Shown piece by piece: positions 1-8,400 of a DNA stretch of 20,103 nucleotides. Positions within the stretch are counted from its first letter, which is position 1. The number at the start of each line of letters is the position of its first letter. A program made the position numbers and the translations under genes. The DNA comes from Candidatus Eiseniibacteriota bacterium (GTDB lineage: Bacteria > Eisenbacteria > RBG-16-71-46): NCBI GenBank assembly GCA_031366795.1, contig JANLOX010000414.1, positions 1-20,103 on the forward strand, given 5' to 3'. The notes under the pieces were generated by a model. It was not told the DNA's origin, ran no database searches, and saw only the letters and a program-made list of their open reading frames with translations.

Positions 1-2
1 GC

Positions 3-1799
3 ACCGCCGACGTGTTCCAGGCGCTGCGCGCGCTGCCGGGGATCAACGCGCCGGATGAAGGCGCCGCCCTGTACGTGCGCGGCGGCGACCCGCACGAAAC
101 GCTGATCCGGCTCGACGGCGCTGATATGGGGCATCCCTATCACTACGAGTCCGCGTCGGGCGGGCTGTTCTCGAGCTTCGATGCCTACATGCTCAAGAGC
201 GCCTTCTTCTCGACCGGCGGGTTCCCCGCGAAGTACGGCGGCGCGCTGTCCGGCGTGCTCGATGTCGAGACACAGGATCCGCTGAACCTGCGCACTGTCA
301 GCGTAGGCGCCAGCATGGTGGGCGCCAATGCCTCAGCGAGTTGGGCCCACGTTCCCGACAAGCTGTCGTTCGTCGGCACCGGCCGCTTCAGCCGGCTCGA
401 CGTGCTCAGCAAGTTGTATGGCACCGCACGCGACTACGCGGAGTTGCCGCAGAGCGCGGATGGCGCGGCCAAGTTGCTGTACCGCTACTCACCGACCGGC
501 AGGCTCAGCGTGATCGGCCTGCAATCGGGCGATGAGCTCAAGGTGATCAGCCAGCGCTTCAACTATGGGGGTGTCTACTCGACCCACAGCCGCAACCGCA
601 CGGGCGTCGTGCAGTGGCAACAGGGCGTCGGCACCTCGCTCGCGCTTAACGGCAGCCTGTCGATGCAAAGCTATACTTCAGCAACGCGTTACGGCGTGCT
701 GGATCGCGCGCAATATGAACTCAATGCGCACGCGCGCTTCGACGGGCGCTGGGAGATTTCGCGCGACAACCGCGCTGGCTTCGGCACGAGCCTCGACCGC
801 CTGGACACCGAGCTCACCGGCACATTCCCTTCCGACAGCACCGACTTGGGGGCGGGCGCCTCGACCCGCACGCAAGAGTCGCGACCGCGAGCCTGGGTTC
901 CCGGCGTGTGGCTGGAAGACGAGTGGCGAGTGTATGGGCCCGTGTATGCGACGCTCGGCGCACGCGCGGACTACACCACCACTTCTAAAGAATGGACCGC
1001 GGACCCGCGCGCGGCGTTGGCATGGCGCATCGATGCGCGCCAGACCTTGCGCGTGGCGACCGGGCGCTATCACCAGCTCCCAGCAGCCGAGCAGCTCGAT
1101 CCGCGCTACGGCAATCCAGCACTGCGGCCGCTGCGCGCGGATCATGTGATCGCGGGATACGAGTGGAAGACCGAGGGGCTCAACGGCCGGCTCGAGTTGT
1201 ACCGCAAGGACTACCGCGATCTCGTTACCAACTCGACCGCGCAGTGGATCACCAACGGCGGCACTGGCTACGCGCGGGGCATCGACGCATTCCTGCAGCG
1301 CTCGCATGGCCGCGTCACCGGCTGGGTGGGGTACGGCTACATGGACACGCGCCGCAAGGAACACGACGATCCGCGCGAGTTGCCTTCCCTCTATGGCGTG
1401 CGTCACTCGCTGACGCTCGTCGGCACCTACCAGTTGCGCCCGTTTACGTCGCTCGGCGCGCGCTGGGGCTACTCCTCGGGACGTCCCTTCACTCCTATCC
1501 TGGGGGGAGTGTTCAACAGTTCGACGGGCCGCTGGACTCCGGTCTCGGCCGAGAACCAGTCGGGCCTGCTTCCCGATCACAAACGGCTCGATGTGCGCCT
1601 GAGCCAGTTGTTCACGCTGCCCACGATGATGGGTGTCCCTGCGAGCAGCGTGTGCGTGATGTATGTCGAGTGGCTGAATGCCCTCGGCACGCGCAACGTC
1701 CTGGACTACGCCTACAGCCGCGACTACTCCCGGCGGCTGACGATCGACTCCTACTTCAGCCGCAGCGAAGCAGTGGCGGGGTTCGCCCTGACATGGTAG
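3..1799 (+). CDS. TonB-dependent outer-membrane receptor (5'-truncated by the window edge)
   Basis: The frame is open from base 3 (TADVFQALRALPG). Plug-domain-like motifs LYVRGG...LDG and FSTGGFPAKYGGALSGVLDV. Amphipathic beta-strands (TLGARADY, DPRAALAW, RLDVRLS) and a C-terminal aromatic residue (GFALTW). Confidence 0.9.
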   Translation, partial: TADVFQALRALPGINAPDEGAALYVRGGDPHETLIRLDGADMGHPYHYESASGGLFSSFDAYMLKSAFFSTGGFPAKYGGALSGVLDVETQDPLNLRTVSVGASMVGANASASWAHVPDKLSFVGTGRFSRLDVLSKLYGTARDYAELPQSADGAAKLLYRYSPTGRLSVIGLQSGDELKVISQRFNYGGVYSTHSRNRTGVVQWQQGVGTSLALNGSLSMQSYTSATRYGVLDRAQYELNAHARFDGRWEISRDNRAGFGTSLDRLDTELTGTFPSDSTDLGAGASTRTQESRPRAWVPGVWLEDEWRVYGPVYATLGARADYTTTSKEWTADPRAALAWRIDARQTLRVATGRYHQLPAAEQLDPRYGNPALRPLRADHVIAGYEWKTEGLNGRLELYRKDYRDLVTNSTAQWITNGGTGYARGIDAFLQRSHGRVTGWVGYGYMDTRRKEHDDPRELPSLYGVRHSLTLVGTYQLRPFTSLGARWGYSSGRPFTPILGGVFNSSTGRWTPVSAENQSGLLPDHKRLDVRLSQLFTLPTMMGVPASSVCVMYVEWLNALGTRNVLDYAYSRDYSRRLTIDSYFSRSEAVAGFALTW

Positions 1800-1809
1800 A
1801 CCCGCTCGC

Positions 1810-2580
1810 ATGAGCAAACTCCTTCGCATCCTCGTGGTCGACGACGAACCGCTGGCTCGCGCTCGCCTGCGCCGCATGCTCGAAGCACTCGACGGCGTCA
1901 CGGTGGGCGGCGAGGCCGGCTCGGCGGACGAGGCGCGCGCGCAACTCGCGGGCGGTGGCTACGACCTGATGATGCTCGACGTGCAGATGCCCGGCGACGA
2001 TGGCTTCGATTTGTTGCGCTCCCTGGACCCCAGGCCGGCGGTGATCTTCGTCACGGCGTTCGACCAGTACGCCGTGCGCGCGTTCGAGGAGAACGCCATC
2101 GACTACCTGCTCAAGCCGTTCGCCGCCGAGCGGCTCGCGCAGGCGATCGAGCGGGCGCGCCGCGAACTCGAACGCCCGGAGGAACTGTCGCGGCGCATCG
2201 CCGAACTGCTCGGCGGACTTGATCGCGCGCGGGCGCCCTCCCCGTTCCTCGAGCGATTCGCCGTGCGCCTGGGGGCGCGGCAGGTCATCGTCAAGGCGGA
2301 GGACGTGCTGTGGTTCGGCGCCGAGGACAAGCTGGTGTTCGCCGCCACCGCGACGGACCGGCACTACGTGAACTTCACGCTCGACCAGCTGGAGCAGAAG
2401 CTCGACCCGGCCCGCTTCACGCGTGTGCACCGGGGCGCGATCGTCAATCTCGATTTCGCCGCGGCCTTGAGGCCGGGCTTCGCGGGAACCTACCGGCTGC
2501 AGCTCAAGGACGAGGCGCGCACCGAAGTCCCGGTGAGCCGCGGACGGGCGCGGCAACTGCGCGAACGCCTGGGCGCCTGA
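1810..2580 (+). CDS. LytTR-family two-component response regulator
   Basis: REC domain: VVDDE, phospho-acceptor LDVQMPG, FVTAFDQYAVRAFE, DYLLKPF. LytTR domain: FTRVHRGAIVN...VPVSR. Confidence 0.95.
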   Translation: MSKLLRILVVDDEPLARARLRRMLEALDGVTVGGEAGSADEARAQLAGGGYDLMMLDVQMPGDDGFDLLRSLDPRPAVIFVTAFDQYAVRAFEENAIDYLLKPFAAERLAQAIERARRELERPEELSRRIAELLGGLDRARAPSPFLERFAVRLGARQVIVKAEDVLWFGAEDKLVFAATATDRHYVNFTLDQLEQKLDPARFTRVHRGAIVNLDFAAALRPGFAGTYRLQLKDEARTEVPVSRGRARQLRERLGA

Positions 2581-2620
2581 ATTCCACGGCAGTACGCCAT
2601 TGCAGCAACCCCCGGCACGC

Positions 2621-2650
2621 TTGACCGCGATCTCCGCGCGCTTCCATGAT
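2621..2650 (+). promoter_or_regulatory. Candidate sigma70-type promoter for the MFS gene
   Basis: TTGACC (2621-2626), 18-bp spacer, CATGAT (2645-2650). A GGAGG Shine-Dalgarno at 2691-2695 precedes the ATG at 2701. Confidence 0.4.
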
Positions 2651-2700
2651 GCCGCGCACTACGCTCTGCGTTGCAGCCGCCCCAAAATCCGGAGGTGAGG

Positions 2701-4071
2701 ATGAGCCCGGTCGAAGCCGTGCCGAACAATTCACTCGCGGCGCCCGAACATTCTTCCGAGTTCCGCGGGCGGCGGATTCTGAACTGGATCCCGCTGGGCC
2801 TGACCTACGCCACCTTCTACATGGGCCGCTACAACTTCAATGTCGTCAAGGGCGACATGGGCACGCGCTTCCACCTCGACAAGGCCGAGATGGGCCTGAT
2901 CGCCACGGCCGGGTTCTGGACCTACGCGTTGAGCGTCATCTTCAATGGCCCGCTGGCCGATCGCATCGGTGGACGCAAGGCGATTCTCGTCGGAGCGGTC
3001 GGCGCGCTGGCGCTCAACCTGATCATCGGTCTGTTGTTCCTCAACGGTTGGTCGACGAAAGTGCTGCTCGGCATGTCGTTGCTGTACTCGGCGAACATGT
3101 ATTTCCAGAGCTTTGGGGCGCTGTCGGTCGTGAAGGTCAACGCGGCGTGGTTCCACGTGAAGGAACGCGGTGTGTTCGGCGGCATCTTCGGCTCGATGAT
3201 CTCCGCGGGTTACTTCCTCGCAACGGCGGTGGGCGGCTGGATCCTCGCCCACTACGCCTGGTACTGGGTATTCCTCGTCCCGTCCGGCGCGATCGCGCTG
3301 ATGTTCCTGGTCGACCTGCTGGTGGTGCGCGACCGCCCGAGCGAGGCGGGGCTCAAGGACTTCAACACGGGTGATGCCTCCGCCGGCGATGACACGCCGG
3401 TCAACTGGGGCTACCTGGTGCGCGAGGTGTTCACGCACCCTGTCATCGTCACGATCGCGGCGGCGGAATTCTGCACGGGGTTCGTGCGGCAGGGACTGCT
3501 GCTCTACTTCACGGAATACCTGAAGGAAGTGCATCACGTCAGTCCGGGCTCGCCGATGTTCTGGTGGGCGGGCACTGCGATCACACTGGGTGGCATCGCC
3601 GGCGGACTGGTGTGCGGCTGGTTGTCCGACAAGCTGTTCCAGAGCCGCCGGCCGCCGGTGGCTTTCATCTTTTATATCGGGCAGGTCATCGCGCTGCTGA
3701 TGCTCGGCTACGCAGCCTCGCCCCTGATGGCCACGCTGATGATCGGCACCAGCTGCATGTTCATCTTCGGTGTGCACGGCATGCTCTCAGGTACGGCGAG
3801 CATGGACTTCGGCGGTCGCAAGGCCGCGGCCACGGCCGCGGGAATGCTCGACGGCGTCCAGTACGTCGCCGCGGGCTTCACCGGCTTCGGGCTCGGCTGG
3901 ATCCTCAAGACCTATGGCTGGGACGGCACGGCGCTGGCCGCCGGCTACCAGCCGAAGAACGCGCTGGTGTGGGTCGGCAGCATCATCCCGTTCTCCGTAC
4001 TCGGCGCACTGATCATGACGCGGATCTGGAACGCCCAACCGGCGAAATCGAGCGGGCACCAAGCGCGGTGA
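2701..4071 (+). CDS. MFS transporter, organophosphate:Pi antiporter (GlpT/UhpC-like) family
   Basis: YATFYMGRYNF in TM1, GPLADRIGGR loop motif, WFHVKERG, GWLSDKLFQSRR, AAATAAGMLDG, ~12 hydrophobic segments. Start placed at ATG 2701 after GGAGG. Confidence 0.88.
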   Translation: MSPVEAVPNNSLAAPEHSSEFRGRRILNWIPLGLTYATFYMGRYNFNVVKGDMGTRFHLDKAEMGLIATAGFWTYALSVIFNGPLADRIGGRKAILVGAVGALALNLIIGLLFLNGWSTKVLLGMSLLYSANMYFQSFGALSVVKVNAAWFHVKERGVFGGIFGSMISAGYFLATAVGGWILAHYAWYWVFLVPSGAIALMFLVDLLVVRDRPSEAGLKDFNTGDASAGDDTPVNWGYLVREVFTHPVIVTIAAAEFCTGFVRQGLLLYFTEYLKEVHHVSPGSPMFWWAGTAITLGGIAGGLVCGWLSDKLFQSRRPPVAFIFYIGQVIALLMLGYAASPLMATLMIGTSCMFIFGVHGMLSGTASMDFGGRKAAATAAGMLDGVQYVAAGFTGFGLGWILKTYGWDGTALAAGYQPKNALVWVGSIIPFSVLGALIMTRIWNAQPAKSSGHQAR

Positions 4072-4095
4072 TTTACGCGGCGTGCGCACGCATGC

Positions 4096-4126
4096 GCACC
4101 TACGCGCACATCGCGCGCGTAGGTGC
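4096..4126. terminator. 12-bp hairpin between convergent genes (possible bidirectional terminator or REP-like element)
   Basis: GCACCTACGCGC (4096-4107), 7-nt loop, GCGCGTAGGTGC (4115-4126) form a perfect inverted repeat. There is no U-tract on either strand. Confidence 0.55.
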
Positions 4127-4139
4127 ACGGCGTGGAGGG

Positions 4140-5288
4140 TTAGACTCGTGCCGGCTCGCTCGCCAGTTCCGCCGTGCGCCGCCGCTCGGCGCGCGTGAGG
4201 AAGTACACCGCCACCAGGATGAAGCCGGCCGACACCCAGTCCTGGATGGCCGGGAACTTCTGCTTGAACAGCACCCACAGCAGCAGCGTGGCGGTCGTGC
4301 CGGCCAGCAGCGAGGTGAGCCGGTTCACCAGCCCCGCGAACGTCGCCGTGCGACCCTCGAACATGAAGATGAACACCGAGAAGAACGCCACCAGCGCGTA
4401 GGGCACACCCGCGATCAACGCCGCAGGATCAGGATGGAACGCGGCCTGGCTGAACTCGACGACGCGATGGTCGGTCCAACCGAACGCCTTGGGCCCCACC
4501 ACCATCAACCCGCCCACCAGGAGCATCATGGCCGTGGCAGACAGCTGTTCGACGGCGAAGAAGCCGCGGTTGTCGAGCTTCACGCCCTTGCCGCGCGTGT
4601 TCTTGTAGTAATTCATGATGTAGATGCGCGCGGCGTAGGCCACGATGTAGCTGCCGAGGATCGTCATGGCCAAGGGATTGTGCAGGAAGTCGAAGCTGCC
4701 CTTGGCTGCCCCTGGCTTGTAGCCCGTCCACGCGGGCAATCCGGCGCCATGCGCGTAGAGGTAATCCTCGAACGGCAACAGCAGCACGTTCGTCGCCACC
4801 GCCAACAGAGCGAACAGCACGGCGATGTTCTCTTGCGCGTACACGCGGCGCTTGAGGATCCCCTGGCGCATCTGCACCTCGTCGACCAGCCGGCTGATCA
4901 CGATGACGCTCCCCCGCATGATGACCATCGCCACCATCACGGAGATGGGCAGCGAGTACATCAGGGTCGTGGTGGGAATCACAACGGCCGTGCAGATGCC
5001 GGAGGGAATGATGTAGGCCACTTCCGCGGGAACCTTCAGCGCGCCCAGCATGATCGAGCGGTTGGAACTCAACGCGAGGCGCCCGATCCAACCCATTGCC
5101 AACACTGCGCCTACACACAGCAGCGAACTCGCGGCGGTGTTGTTGAACAGGTAGGTGAATTCGCCCATCTTAGGCGCGCGTAGCACGGTGAAGTACTTCA
5201 CCAGCACGCCGGTGAGCACGTACGAGATGAAGTACCCGGCGCACAGTTGCACGAGTTGGGACGACGTCCCTGTGTTCAGTCGTTTCAT
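4140..5288 (-). CDS. Polytopic membrane protein (~10 TM), probable DMT-superfamily transporter
   Basis: 382 aa from ATG 5288, with GGAGG upstream on the minus strand. About 10 hydrophobic segments arranged in two halves. The family call is by eye only. Confidence 0.7.
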   Translation of the reverse strand: MKRLNTGTSSQLVQLCAGYFISYVLTGVLVKYFTVLRAPKMGEFTYLFNNTAASSLLCVGAVLAMGWIGRLALSSNRSIMLGALKVPAEVAYIIPSGICTAVVIPTTTLMYSLPISVMVAMVIMRGSVIVISRLVDEVQMRQGILKRRVYAQENIAVLFALLAVATNVLLLPFEDYLYAHGAGLPAWTGYKPGAAKGSFDFLHNPLAMTILGSYIVAYAARIYIMNYYKNTRGKGVKLDNRGFFAVEQLSATAMMLLVGGLMVVGPKAFGWTDHRVVEFSQAAFHPDPAALIAGVPYALVAFFSVFIFMFEGRTATFAGLVNRLTSLLAGTTATLLLWVLFKQKFPAIQDWVSAGFILVAVYFLTRAERRRTAELASEPARV

Positions 5289-5366
5289 GCGGGGCCTCCG
5301 TAACGCCCAATCATCGCTCCACTTGGGCAATTTCGGCAACCCTAATCCGACGGACGGCGCCATGGG

Positions 5367-5487
5367 GCAGGCTGCTGAAATCGCCCGAGTGCAAGGCGGC
5401 AAGGAGCGAAGAGTGAGACGTATCGTAGATACGTCGCAGCGATGTCGACGCAGCCAACGCAGCAATCGGGCGATTTCAGCAGCCTGC
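5367..5487. repeat. Palindromic ~120-bp repeat element, copy 1 (MITE/REP-like or structured RNA)
   Basis: Perfect 22-bp terminal inverted repeat GCAGGCTGCTGAAATCGCCCGA (5367-5388 / 5466-5487). Central hairpin GACGTATC-GTA-GATACGTC. Core is shared with 10327-10415. Confidence 0.9.
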
Positions 5488-6291
5488 GAGCCGCTCCTCG
5501 CCGCAGTAGACATTCATCCGCCCCTCGCGGAGGAAACCGATCAGCGTCATCCGCGCCGCCTCGGCGAGCTCGATCGCCAGCGAACTGGGCGCCCCCACGG
5601 ATGCCAGCACTGGGATACCCGCCCGCGCGGCCTTGAGCACGATCTCCGCCCCCGTGCGCCCGCTGACCCACAGCACCCCGCCGCCGGGTGGAAAGCGGTT
5701 CTGCTCGAACAGGGCCCCAATCACCTTGTCGACCGCGTTGTGCCGGCCGACGTCTTCGCGGAGCAATTCGGGCGCTCCGGACGACATCGCGAATGCCGCG
5801 GCGTGAATCCCACCCGTGAGCGCGAATGCCTGCTGCGCCTCGCGCAGTAGCGCGGGCCACTCGAGCAGCGCCAGCGGATCCACACGTGAGTCGAGCGTCA
5901 GGGGGACGAGCCCGGCGCGCAACGAATCGAGATGCGCGCGGCCGCACAGACCGCACGCCGAGCTCGAGGCGAAATTGCGCTCAAATCGGGTCCAGTCGAG
6001 CTGCGTCCCGGGCGCGAGCGTCACCTCGACATGATCGGGTTCGTCGGCGCAGGCACTGGGCCGTTCGGTGAGCGTGAGCACGTCCGCTGTCTCACGAATC
6101 ACGCCCTCGCTGGCGAGAAAGCCCAACGTCAGCTCGCGATCGCGGCCGGGTGTGCGCAGGGTCACGACGAGCGACTGGCCGCCGACACGCATCTCGAGCG
6201 CCCTTTCGACGACGACGTGATCATCGAGCGGGCTTGCCCCCTCGGCGTTCACCCGCAGGATGCGTCGCGGAGTGACCTGGCGCTCCGGCAT
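5476..6291 (-). CDS. fdhD: Formate dehydrogenase accessory sulfurtransferase FdhD
   Basis: RTPG, SSSACGLCG, TGGIHAAA, EDVGRHNAVDK, SGR and APSSLAI motifs. Start is ATG 6291 or GTG 6309. The TGA stop lies inside repeat copy 1. Confidence 0.93.
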   Translation of the reverse strand: MPERQVTPRRILRVNAEGASPLDDHVVVERALEMRVGGQSLVVTLRTPGRDRELTLGFLASEGVIRETADVLTLTERPSACADEPDHVEVTLAPGTQLDWTRFERNFASSSACGLCGRAHLDSLRAGLVPLTLDSRVDPLALLEWPALLREAQQAFALTGGIHAAAFAMSSGAPELLREDVGRHNAVDKVIGALFEQNRFPPGGGVLWVSGRTGAEIVLKAARAGIPVLASVGAPSSLAIELAEAARMTLIGFLREGRMNVYCGEERLAGC

Positions 6292-6340
6292 CGGCTCGCA
6301 GCCTTTCACGCGCGCTGCCCGCCGGCGGCGGACGGGCTGG

Positions 6341-7141
6341 TTAGACCTTCGGGTGATCGGTGTGCGTGGCCAACGAGCCGTCGGCGAGCGTCACCAGCGT
6401 GTAGTCGGAGAAGATCGACGGGGCTTCGGCCTGCATCAGCCGCAGCACCTCAACGGCCACCTTGCGGATCTCGGTGTCCGCATGCTCGCTGCCACGCAGC
6501 TCAATGAAGTGCCGCAGGGCGCGCGCATTGCCGGTGAAGAAGATCTTCGTCTCGGTGGCGTTCGGCAGCACCGAGCGGGCCGCCTGGCGCGCCAGCTTGC
6601 GACGCAGCGTCTTGTCGGGCTCGTTGGCGAAGATCTCCTGCAGCCCGTTCACCAGCCGGTCGTACGCCGAGCGCGTCGCATTCACCGACTCGACCCACAC
6701 CGCGTGCAGCTCAGGGTTCGCCGCGATGCATTCGGGCTCGATGTACTCGGAGTCCGACTCATCCACGTAGCGCTGCGATAACTGCGAGTAGGAAAAGTGG
6801 CGGTGGCGAATCAGCTCATGGGTGAATGAGCGCGACACGCCGGTGATCAGGAAGCTCCACACCGCGTGCTCGAGCACCGAGCCGTGACCCACATCGACGA
6901 TGTGCCCGAGAAATTCCTTGTTGGTGCGGCGTCCCTTGCCATACGACATGTAGCACACGCGCCCGGCCATCTCGGCGAGCTGCTCCCCGCCCACCTCGGT
7001 GTCGGTGCTCCAGCTGACTTCGTGGTCGTCGAGGAAGGCCTGAATGCCAGAGGTATCGATCGTTTGGCGGCCGACGATGTACACGCTCGGCTCGAGGACG
7101 ATGCGCAACGTCTTGTCGGCCAAGGCCTGGGTCGCTGTCAT
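6341..7141 (-). CDS. thyX: FAD-dependent thymidylate synthase ThyX
   Basis: GHGSVLEH, ThyX signature SRSFTHELIRHRHFSYSQLSQRYV, ARSVLPNATET, GNARALRHFIELR. Start placed at ATG 7141 (MTATQ...). Confidence 0.96.
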   Translation of the reverse strand: MTATQALADKTLRIVLEPSVYIVGRQTIDTSGIQAFLDDHEVSWSTDTEVGGEQLAEMAGRVCYMSYGKGRRTNKEFLGHIVDVGHGSVLEHAVWSFLITGVSRSFTHELIRHRHFSYSQLSQRYVDESDSEYIEPECIAANPELHAVWVESVNATRSAYDRLVNGLQEIFANEPDKTLRRKLARQAARSVLPNATETKIFFTGNARALRHFIELRGSEHADTEIRKVAVEVLRLMQAEAPSIFSDYTLVTLADGSLATHTDHPKV

Positions 7142-7199
7142 GGCGAGCTCTCTCGTGAGCGGGGGTGCGAAGCGGGTGAATTCAAATGCGTAGTGCGGC

Positions 7200-7208
7200 A
7201 GTCTAGCA
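7200..7208 (-). promoter_or_regulatory. Candidate extended -10 promoter for thyX
   Basis: The minus strand reads TG-C-TAGACT (TGn-TAnnnT) about 60 bp upstream of the thyX ATG, in the kynU-thyX gap. Confidence 0.4.
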
Positions 7209-7224
7209 CAGGGGAATCGCGTGG

Positions 7225-8400
7225 CTACTTGGCGCGCGCGACCTCGTCGCGCACCATATTCATGGCGCGGTCCACCTCGTCGTCGCGCGTGTAGAAGTGC
7301 GGCGCCAGGCGCAGTCCCACTCCCGGCCGGAAGTCGAGCAACACGTCCTGCGCCAGCAGCGCGCGGCACACCGTCTCGGCGTTGGGCACATCGAGGACGA
7401 TCGTCCCGCCGCGCGTGGCCGCCGCACGCGGCGAGATGACTCGCAGCTTGAATTCGTCGGCCCACTCCATCATGCGTTCGGTCTGGCGCAGCGACTTGGC
7501 GCGAATCGCTTCCACGCCGATCCCCGCCACGATGCGATAGCCCGACACGGCCGCCGCGAACGACGGAATGCCGGGCGTGCCCGTCCAGAACCTGCGCGCC
7601 CCCGCGTGCCGTTGCGTCGGCGAGGAATCGAACGCGAACGGCTGCTCGTGCGCCATCCATCCCGTGAACGCAGGCTCCAACGCGGCGCGCACGCGCGGAC
7701 TCACGTAGAGATAGCCTGCCCCGGGGCCGCCACACAGCCACTTCACGGAGCCACCCGTGAGCATGTCCACACCCAGCGCCTGCACGTCGACCGGGACGGT
7801 GCCGATGGCCTGGTAGGCGTCGATCATCACCCGTGCTCCCACCGCATGCGCTCGCGCAATGATGGGGTCAAGATCGAGCGCCTGCGAGGTGCGGAACAAC
7901 ACCTGCGAGATCGCGACCACCGCGGTCCGCTCGTCGATCGCGGCGACGATGTCGGCCTCTTCGATCGCGCGCCCTTCGCGCGCCGGCACGCGCACCACCT
8001 CCACGCCGCGCCGCGCGAGCCCCTCGTAAAGATAGAGCTCCGAGGGGAAGTCCTCAGCCGTGCATACCAACCTGTTCCGAGGCCCCGCAAACGCCAGTGC
8101 CGACAGCGCGATCGCCTGCGCGGTGGTGCAGTTCTCGTGCATGCTGACGGTGCCGGGCTCGGCATTGAAGATCGCGCCTAGCGTGTCGCCGACTTGCGTG
8201 GGCAACTCGAACCACTCCTCTTCCCACGAGCGGATCCCGCGTTCGCGCCACATCCGGGCGTAGTGCTCAAGCATCTCGGCAGCGCCGCGCGGCATGGCTC
8301 CCAGCGAGTGCGAGATGAAATGCAGCACGCGATCAATGCCCACGAACTCGTCGCGCCAGGTCAGCAGCGGATCGGCGGTGATGGGTGGCTGCGGCGTCAC
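7225..8400 (-). CDS. kynU: Kynureninase-like PLP enzyme (aminotransferase class V fold)
   Basis: WRDEF, SHSLGAMP, DAYQAIG, PLP-lysine motif GGSVKWLCGGPGAGYLYV, GWMAH, GTP, RLAPHFY. The GTG start overlaps the upstream TGA (GTGA). Confidence 0.82.
   Translation of the reverse strand: MTPQPPITADPLLTWRDEFVGIDRVLHFISHSLGAMPRGAAEMLEHYARMWRERGIRSWEEEWFELPTQVGDTLGAIFNAEPGTVSMHENCTTAQAIALSALAFAGPRNRLVCTAEDFPSELYLYEGLARRGVEVVRVPAREGRAIEEADIVAAIDERTAVVAISQVLFRTSQALDLDPIIARAHAVGARVMIDAYQAIGTVPVDVQALGVDMLTGGSVKWLCGGPGAGYLYVSPRVRAALEPAFTGWMAHEQPFAFDSSPTQRHAGARRFWTGTPGIPSFAAAVSGYRIVAGIGVEAIRAKSLRQTERMMEWADEFKLRVISPRAAATRGGTIVLDVPNAETVCRALLAQDVLLDFRPGVGLRLAPHFYTRDDEVDRAMNMVRDEVARAK

Noticed and set aside
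2581..2620. Possible LytTR binding direct repeats upstream of the MFS gene (CCACGGCAG / CCATTGCAG)
   Set aside because: The match is weak and the 13-bp period does not fit the usual ~21-bp LytTR repeat spacing.
5289..5513. N-terminal extension of the membrane protein, and small ORFs across the repeats (5342-5956, 10245-10520)
   Set aside because: These frames run through the palindromic repeat, and the similar peptides (CCVGCV) merely reflect the repeated DNA. GGAGG supports ATG 5288.
7142..7741. Apparent 200-aa N-terminal extension of ThyX (ORF 6341-7741)
   Set aside because: It overlaps the kynureninase gene in another frame and is low-complexity. An SD-like sequence, the ATG at 7141 and a candidate promoter support the shorter gene.
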